From a virus (Duplodnaviria; Caudoviricetes): DNA of 52,782 bases. Every line of letters begins with the position of its first letter. The stretch's first letter is position 1. The stretch covers positions 1-52,782 of IMG/VR virus record IMGVR_UViG_3300025154_000134. One strand, written 5' to 3'. Positions 48,436 through 52,782 of this stretch are shown one piece after another. A program made the translations under genes and the position numbers. The notes below the pieces were generated by a model, which worked only from the letters and a program-made list of their open reading frames with translations, searched no databases and had not been told where the DNA came from.

Positions 48436-49146
48436 ATGGACCAACCAGGAGACGTTGTATATAGCGATTCGGCTGCTGTTCTGGCGCGCGCGCTGGTGGA
48501 CCTGCGTGATCGCGTCATTCAGAAGACGCGCATACAGTTCAACAACCGCGTGGCCGCGATGGACCAGGAGCGCGACTCAGACGTTCATCAGGCTTTGATC
48601 CTCAAGTGGCACGCGCACTTTGAAGACCTCGAAAAAGCCCTGGACGCGGACATCGCCACCATTGCCGAATCCCTACCCATCGTGCAGGAGATGACCGCTG
48701 TCAAGGGCATTGGTACCATGTTGGCGGTCAAGGTGGCGGCGCTCATTGATATTGAGCGGGCAGATACCGTCTCGGCACTGTGGAAGTACGCCGGATATGG
48801 TGTGACCGAAGGGGCACGGGACCGCCTCGAAAAGGGCGAGAAAGCGCCCTACAACATCCGCCTGAAAACGACCTGTTTTCTGGTGGGCGAAAGTTTCATC
48901 AAGTGCAATTCGCCCTATCGCCGCATATACGATGAGGCCAAAGCGTTTTATGAAACAGCTCATCCCGACTGGACTCCGGGTCACCGGCACAATGCCGCAC
49001 GCCGGAAGATGATCAAGTTGTGGCTGTCTCATCTATGGGTGATCTGGCGCACGTTGGAAGGGTTGCCAGTCAGTGATCCCTACATCATCGCGGGGGATAA
49101 CAACCATCACCGGTACATTGGCCCTGAGCAGTTCGGCTGGGGTTAA
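48436..49146 (+). CDS. tasA: TasA-like RNA-guided DNA-binding protein (IS110/Nop-related domain, no nuclease domain)
   Basis: Coiled coil, VKGIGTMLA, VSALWKYAGY, SPYRRIYDEAK, HNAARRKMIKLWLSHLW; 236 aa; no DEDD/RuvC N-terminus; array abuts the stop codon. Confidence 0.8.
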   Translation: MDQPGDVVYSDSAAVLARALVDLRDRVIQKTRIQFNNRVAAMDQERDSDVHQALILKWHAHFEDLEKALDADIATIAESLPIVQEMTAVKGIGTMLAVKVAALIDIERADTVSALWKYAGYGVTEGARDRLEKGEKAPYNIRLKTTCFLVGESFIKCNSPYRRIYDEAKAFYETAHPDWTPGHRHNAARRKMIKLWLSHLWVIWRTLEGLPVSDPYIIAGDNNHHRYIGPEQFGWG

Positions 49147-49399
49147 GCCATGCTATCGGAGTAACCCAGCACTAATAAGCGAGCCGTGGAAAAAAAGGAA
49201 CCCATTCTTCGGAAGCGAGCCATGTTGACAGAGTAACCCATATATAGGAAGCGAGCCAGTTTCCTTAAGTAACCCAACCCGAATAAGCGAGCCGCAGTCT
49301 ATAAGGAACCCATCATTCAGAAGCGAGCCGAAGATACCAGAGCAACCCATAGAATCCGAGCGAGCCAACGGATACAAGAAGCCCAGTGACAGTAGAGCG
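49146..49399 (+). ncRNA. TIGR-type tandem interspaced guide RNA array, 7 units
   Basis: Unit AGCCR-N9-AGNAACCCA-N9-AGCG; starts at 49146, 49182, 49218, 49254, 49290, 49326 and 49363. Confidence 0.88.
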
Positions 49400-49427
49400 C
49401 ATGACAGCACACCCCCAGGGGGACGCG

Positions 49428-50249
49428 ATGATCGACTACCTTGACACCGTGCAGCACATGGACGCGCTCGACCTCCTGCGTAGTCTGCCGGACGCGAGCG
49501 TGGATATGATTTTCACTGACCCGCCTTACGGCCACAACAACAACAACGGCGATCTTATTCAGCGCCGGGAACTGGCACTTGGAAAAGAAAAAGCAGTCCG
49601 TGAGTCTCGGCCAATACTGAACGATGGACCAGAAGCCAACGATCTGTTTTATCGGTTTTTGGGGGAAGCACAACGGGTGTTAAAACCGGGAGCCTGCTGC
49701 TGCTGCTGCTGCTGCGGCGGCGGCGGCCCCGATCCACAATTCGCACGGTGGACTCTGTGGATGGATGAAGTTATCGGATTTAAGCAGGCTGTAGTGTGGG
49801 ACAAAGGGCCAATGGGGATGGGGTGGCATTATCGCCGCAGTTATGAGTTTGTCCTGGTAGCGCAAAAACCCGGCGCGGCATGTAAATGGTATGACGTCAC
49901 CCGCGCGATTGAAAACATTATCCGACCCGGCAACGGGGCGTCGAAACAAATACCAGCCGAAAGCGATCATCCTACAAAGAAGCCGGTGGGGTTGGCAATG
50001 TGGTTTATCAGGTTGCACAGCCAACCCGGAGATATTGTATGCGATCCGTTTGCGGGCGGCGGTTCTACGCTAAAAGCGGCTCGATTGTTAGGGCGAAGGT
50101 TTATCGGGGCAGACTTGGACTTGTATTGGGTTGATTACACCCGCCGCGAATTACAGCAACCGTACACACCGCCGCTGTTCGACCTCGACGCGCCCGCGCC
50201 ACCCGCCGCCGCGCAGCTGCCGCTCATGGGCGAGGGGGACGCGCCATGA
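49428..50249 (+). CDS. DNA N6-adenine/N4-cytosine methyltransferase (beta class) with Cys7-Gly4 run
   Basis: IFTDPPYG, HPTKKP, VCDPFAGGGST. Confidence 0.9.
   Translation: MIDYLDTVQHMDALDLLRSLPDASVDMIFTDPPYGHNNNNGDLIQRRELALGKEKAVRESRPILNDGPEANDLFYRFLGEAQRVLKPGACCCCCCCGGGGPDPQFARWTLWMDEVIGFKQAVVWDKGPMGMGWHYRRSYEFVLVAQKPGAACKWYDVTRAIENIIRPGNGASKQIPAESDHPTKKPVGLAMWFIRLHSQPGDIVCDPFAGGGSTLKAARLLGRRFIGADLDLYWVDYTRRELQQPYTPPLFDLDAPAPPAAAQLPLMGEGDAP
49695..49727 (+). repeat. (TGC)7(GGC)4 trinucleotide repeat
   Basis: Read directly from the sequence. Confidence 0.95.
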
Positions 50250-50491
50250 GCCGATCACTGGTATGGGAAGTAGCGATCCTCAAAGCGGCCACGAAGGTGC
50301 TGACTCTCGACATTACGCGCAACGTTCTGTGGAATATGGCACGGTTCGATCACGGCTTGGTGAACCTGGCGCGGATGGCGGATGGTGACGTGCAGGACGC
50401 AGAGCGCGCCCTCAAGCACCTGGAAACCATGACGGCGGCGGAATACTACGGGCTGGAAGACGACACGCCCGGCGGCCCTGAGCGTCCATGA
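50246..50491 (+). CDS. Hypothetical protein
   Basis: ATGA overlap. Confidence 0.55.
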   Translation: MSRSLVWEVAILKAATKVLTLDITRNVLWNMARFDHGLVNLARMADGDVQDAERALKHLETMTAAEYYGLEDDTPGGPERP

Positions 50492-50496
50492 CTTGC

Positions 50497-50524
50497 TTGA
50501 CAGCGCGCCGGGACGCGCTATACT
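50497..50524 (+). promoter_or_regulatory. Sigma70 promoter upstream of the replication operon
   Basis: TTGACA-16 bp-TATACT. Confidence 0.7.
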
Positions 50525-50529
50525 TGGGG

Positions 50530-50693
50530 GTGTACGGTGATCGTACCGGTGCTGGCCACATCGTGAACATACAAGGGTTAACGGGCGACCAAGAAGGCTC
50601 CTGAATTTTGGGAGCGGCTGAACCGACGTGCTTCTTGGCCAGAGATGCATCAGGTCGCCCGCAGCCGCTGCCAAAGTCCAGGAGTTTTGTTGT
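50530..50693 (+). ncRNA. Structured leader (C4/CI-antisense-like or attenuator)
   Basis: Stem 50598-50620/50662-50684 followed by a T-rich tract; loop segments complementary to 50582-50596. Confidence 0.55.
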
Positions 50694-50706
50694 CTGAGGT
50701 GAGCAC

Positions 50707-50937
50707 ATGACAACCCCGCCGCCAAGTGTATCCCACCAGCGAGAGTCATCCCTTCGCGCTATTCGAGCCGGACTAGACACGGCAGGCTTCCGGCATAGCC
50801 ACCTGACCGATAATCAACTAAACGAGGTGATCGGGACGATGTGTTTCAACATTTTGATGCAGGGTGCAGATGTCTATGACTGGCAGCAATGGGTAACGGA
50901 GATGCGCGCGCGGCTCGACAAGGACGGTGCGGCATGA
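50707..50937 (+). CDS. Hypothetical protein
   Basis: GAGGTG RBS. Confidence 0.6.
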   Translation: MTTPPPSVSHQRESSLRAIRAGLDTAGFRHSHLTDNQLNEVIGTMCFNILMQGADVYDWQQWVTEMRARLDKDGAA

Positions 50938-51626
50938 AAGCGCCAAGCGAACGACATCTTGAGGATTACATCTGGGAACACCCCGAAGCGTTGGGAACGA
51001 TTAACCTTCCGCCCGAATACGGTGAAGATTGTGCTATGTATTCTTTTGTGCTACGACAGTTCCACTTGCCGTCTGGCATTGTAGACCTTATCGGGTTTGA
51101 TTACCGCATGGTAATTTTTGAGCTTAAGAAAAACGTAGTCACTGCACAGGCATTAACTCAGCTCATGCGTTATATGCGCGATCTGCAACGCATTGTCGAT
51201 CGCCTACTTATGACCTTGATGGAGTCACAAGTAACTGAGCCGTGGGCACGCTTACATTTCGATGTGAATCGCATTGGACCCAACCCCCTCTTAGCGGGCA
51301 CGCTGATTGGACACGACATTGAAGACAACAATCTTTTGATCGCCTGCCAAGCCTGTAACGTCGACGTGTATTTATACGAATACGAGAATGGCGTGTATAC
51401 CTTTGAAGACATCAGTCTTAACACTATTATGGGAATGGATGTATATGACAGTGTTTGCCGACTTGCGGCAGGCGAGATTGGCAAGGCGTTCTTTGATCAC
51501 TTCCGACAAGATATCGAAGATCATCCAGCACGAGACGTACAAGTGCAGCGAGCCATGTTCTCTGTACTTAAAGCGGCAGAAGCTCATCTTAAAGAGCGTG
51601 ACGAGATCACAGGCGGTGCAGTATGA
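50934..51626 (+). CDS. PD-(D/E)XK nuclease, NucS C-terminal-like
   Basis: ERHLEDYI, RQF.LPSGIVDLIG, IFELKK, QLMRYM. Confidence 0.7.
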   Translation: MKAPSERHLEDYIWEHPEALGTINLPPEYGEDCAMYSFVLRQFHLPSGIVDLIGFDYRMVIFELKKNVVTAQALTQLMRYMRDLQRIVDRLLMTLMESQVTEPWARLHFDVNRIGPNPLLAGTLIGHDIEDNNLLIACQACNVDVYLYEYENGVYTFEDISLNTIMGMDVYDSVCRLAAGEIGKAFFDHFRQDIEDHPARDVQVQRAMFSVLKAAEAHLKERDEITGGAV

Positions 51627-52684
51627 GTGAAGAACGTCTTATTACGGTTCCAGACAACGCGCGTGGGTTTTACATCCCGCAAGAATACCTGGATATTTGT
51701 ATTCAAGAACGAGCGCGCAAAATATCCAAGGGCCAAAACAAAGGACAAATATCTACTTACCAAGAACAAGACGATGCAGCGGCGGCCATCTTGCGCATCT
51801 TGGAGCGGTGGACTGTCTGGAAAATGAAGCAGTCTAGCAAGGCCCAACCAGACGATCTGTGGATATTCCTTTCACAATCGATGCTGCAAGAGTGGGAACT
51901 GCTTAATGCCTACGGCGAGAGTAGGATCGCCAAAGGATGTGAGTTGTTAGTAGAGCGAGGGTTTGTTGAACGTCGCCGCAATCCAGTGGCATCTAAGCGA
52001 TGGGATCGAACATTTCAATACCGGTTTATGACCGACAACGTACAAGAAGCCGTAAACAATCTTCGCCCATACCTTAATATTAAGGAATGGATAGTTCAAT
52101 ATCAAGGAATGCATTCCTCAATATCAATGGATCGAAACTTTAATATTGAGGAAGCAATACCACAGATACCTTCACAGGAGTCTGCACAGATACCAGAACA
52201 ACAATCTTCTGCGCCTAGTGGCGCGGCGCAGGTTGAAACCCCTGCCAAAGAGATATCCCCCTTCAAGGAAATGCAGACATCCGTGGTCGAGTTGCTATTC
52301 AATGGAAACTGGACACAAGGTGATCGCGCGGGAGCAATCGCTCACATGCTGCTAGGTACATCCAACGAGCCAGCTTTCAAGAAATACAACCTTGAGAAAG
52401 CGACAACGCCGAATGAATTTCAGCGCGTTGTCGAAGCGTATCCACCAGACCTGACATTTCCAAGAGGCGCAGCGAAGATCAATCAGGCGGTATACGACTA
52501 CCGCCAACAACCAGAGGGTGAGGCGCAGCGTAAAACGACTGAACCGTCATCCGATCCAGAATACGAGCGCCTGACAACCTATAACCCAATCTTCGATACC
52601 ATGACGTTTGAGGAAATCCGCGCCTTTAAGGATAACCAGATGCTCGAAAATCTAGAGCGGGTGTTGGGTGGGGGTGCGTCATGA
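51623..52684 (+). CDS. Phage replication initiator / replisome organizer
   Basis: Winged-helix-like LVERGFVERRRNP...WDRTFQY; internal iterons; stop overlaps the DnaB ATG. Confidence 0.75.
   Translation: MSEERLITVPDNARGFYIPQEYLDICIQERARKISKGQNKGQISTYQEQDDAAAAILRILERWTVWKMKQSSKAQPDDLWIFLSQSMLQEWELLNAYGESRIAKGCELLVERGFVERRRNPVASKRWDRTFQYRFMTDNVQEAVNNLRPYLNIKEWIVQYQGMHSSISMDRNFNIEEAIPQIPSQESAQIPEQQSSAPSGAAQVETPAKEISPFKEMQTSVVELLFNGNWTQGDRAGAIAHMLLGTSNEPAFKKYNLEKATTPNEFQRVVEAYPPDLTFPRGAAKINQAVYDYRQQPEGEAQRKTTEPSSDPEYERLTTYNPIFDTMTFEEIRAFKDNQMLENLERVLGGGAS
52072..52155. repeat. Four 22-bp-period iterons (putative replication origin)
   Basis: AATAT cores at 52076, 52098, 52120 and 52142; the first lies in the palindrome CCTTAATATTAAGG. 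Confidence 0.75.
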
Positions 52685-52782
52685 CTGACAACCCGCGCCG
52701 TGTGGAAATCTTGACGCAGTTCAAACAGCAGATCGAGGCCCCAACGTGGCCGGAAGATACCGACGCTGAAGAGGCATTGATC
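52657..52782. repeat. Terminal direct repeat, right copy
   Basis: Identical to 9-134. Confidence 0.95.

Noticed and set aside
48292-49146. Active IS110 transposase or insertion sequence
   Set aside because: No N-terminal DEDD/RuvC domain; the first 48 codons of the track ORF lie in structured non-coding sequence upstream of the RBS
49146-49399. CRISPR array
   Set aside because: Two alternating repeats of about 9 nt with 9-nt spacers and no cas genes; this fits TIGR, not CRISPR
49153-49410. 85-aa minus-strand ORF with 12-aa periodicity
   Set aside because: It is the antisense translation of the guide array
50934-51626. Restriction-modification system with the nearby MTase
   Set aside because: Separated from the MTase by a promoter and leader; the nuclease is coupled to replication genes and orphan MTases are common in phages

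Overview
The window looks like a complete, circularly permuted tailed-phage genome (siphovirus-like, HK97-fold capsid) of about 52.65 kb: bases 9-134 are repeated exactly at 52657-52782. Gene order on the + strand is replication initiator with iterons, DnaB-like helicase, DNA methyltransferases and small accessory genes, terminase, portal fused to a MuF-like domain, protease and capsid. A glycosyltransferase/methyltransferase cluster follows, then head-tail and tail genes and an atypical lysis region. A leftward early operon (recombination and small genes) and a divergent promoter region complete the circle. I recognise no integrase. The standout locus is 47.9-50.2 kb. It holds two oversized tRNA-like RNAs, a nuclease-less IS110/Nop-domain protein (TasA-like), and a 7-unit array of about 36-nt period with two repeats and two spacers per unit (TIGR-type guide RNA array). 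A DNA methyltransferase with a Cys7 run follows directly. Other notable items are a C5 methyltransferase split over two nested reading frames, two antisense/attenuator-type leader RNAs, an RLIG1/DUF5565-like RNA ligase, two paralogous HNH cassettes and several single-base frameshifts. All family assignments come from reading motifs by eye, not from database searches.
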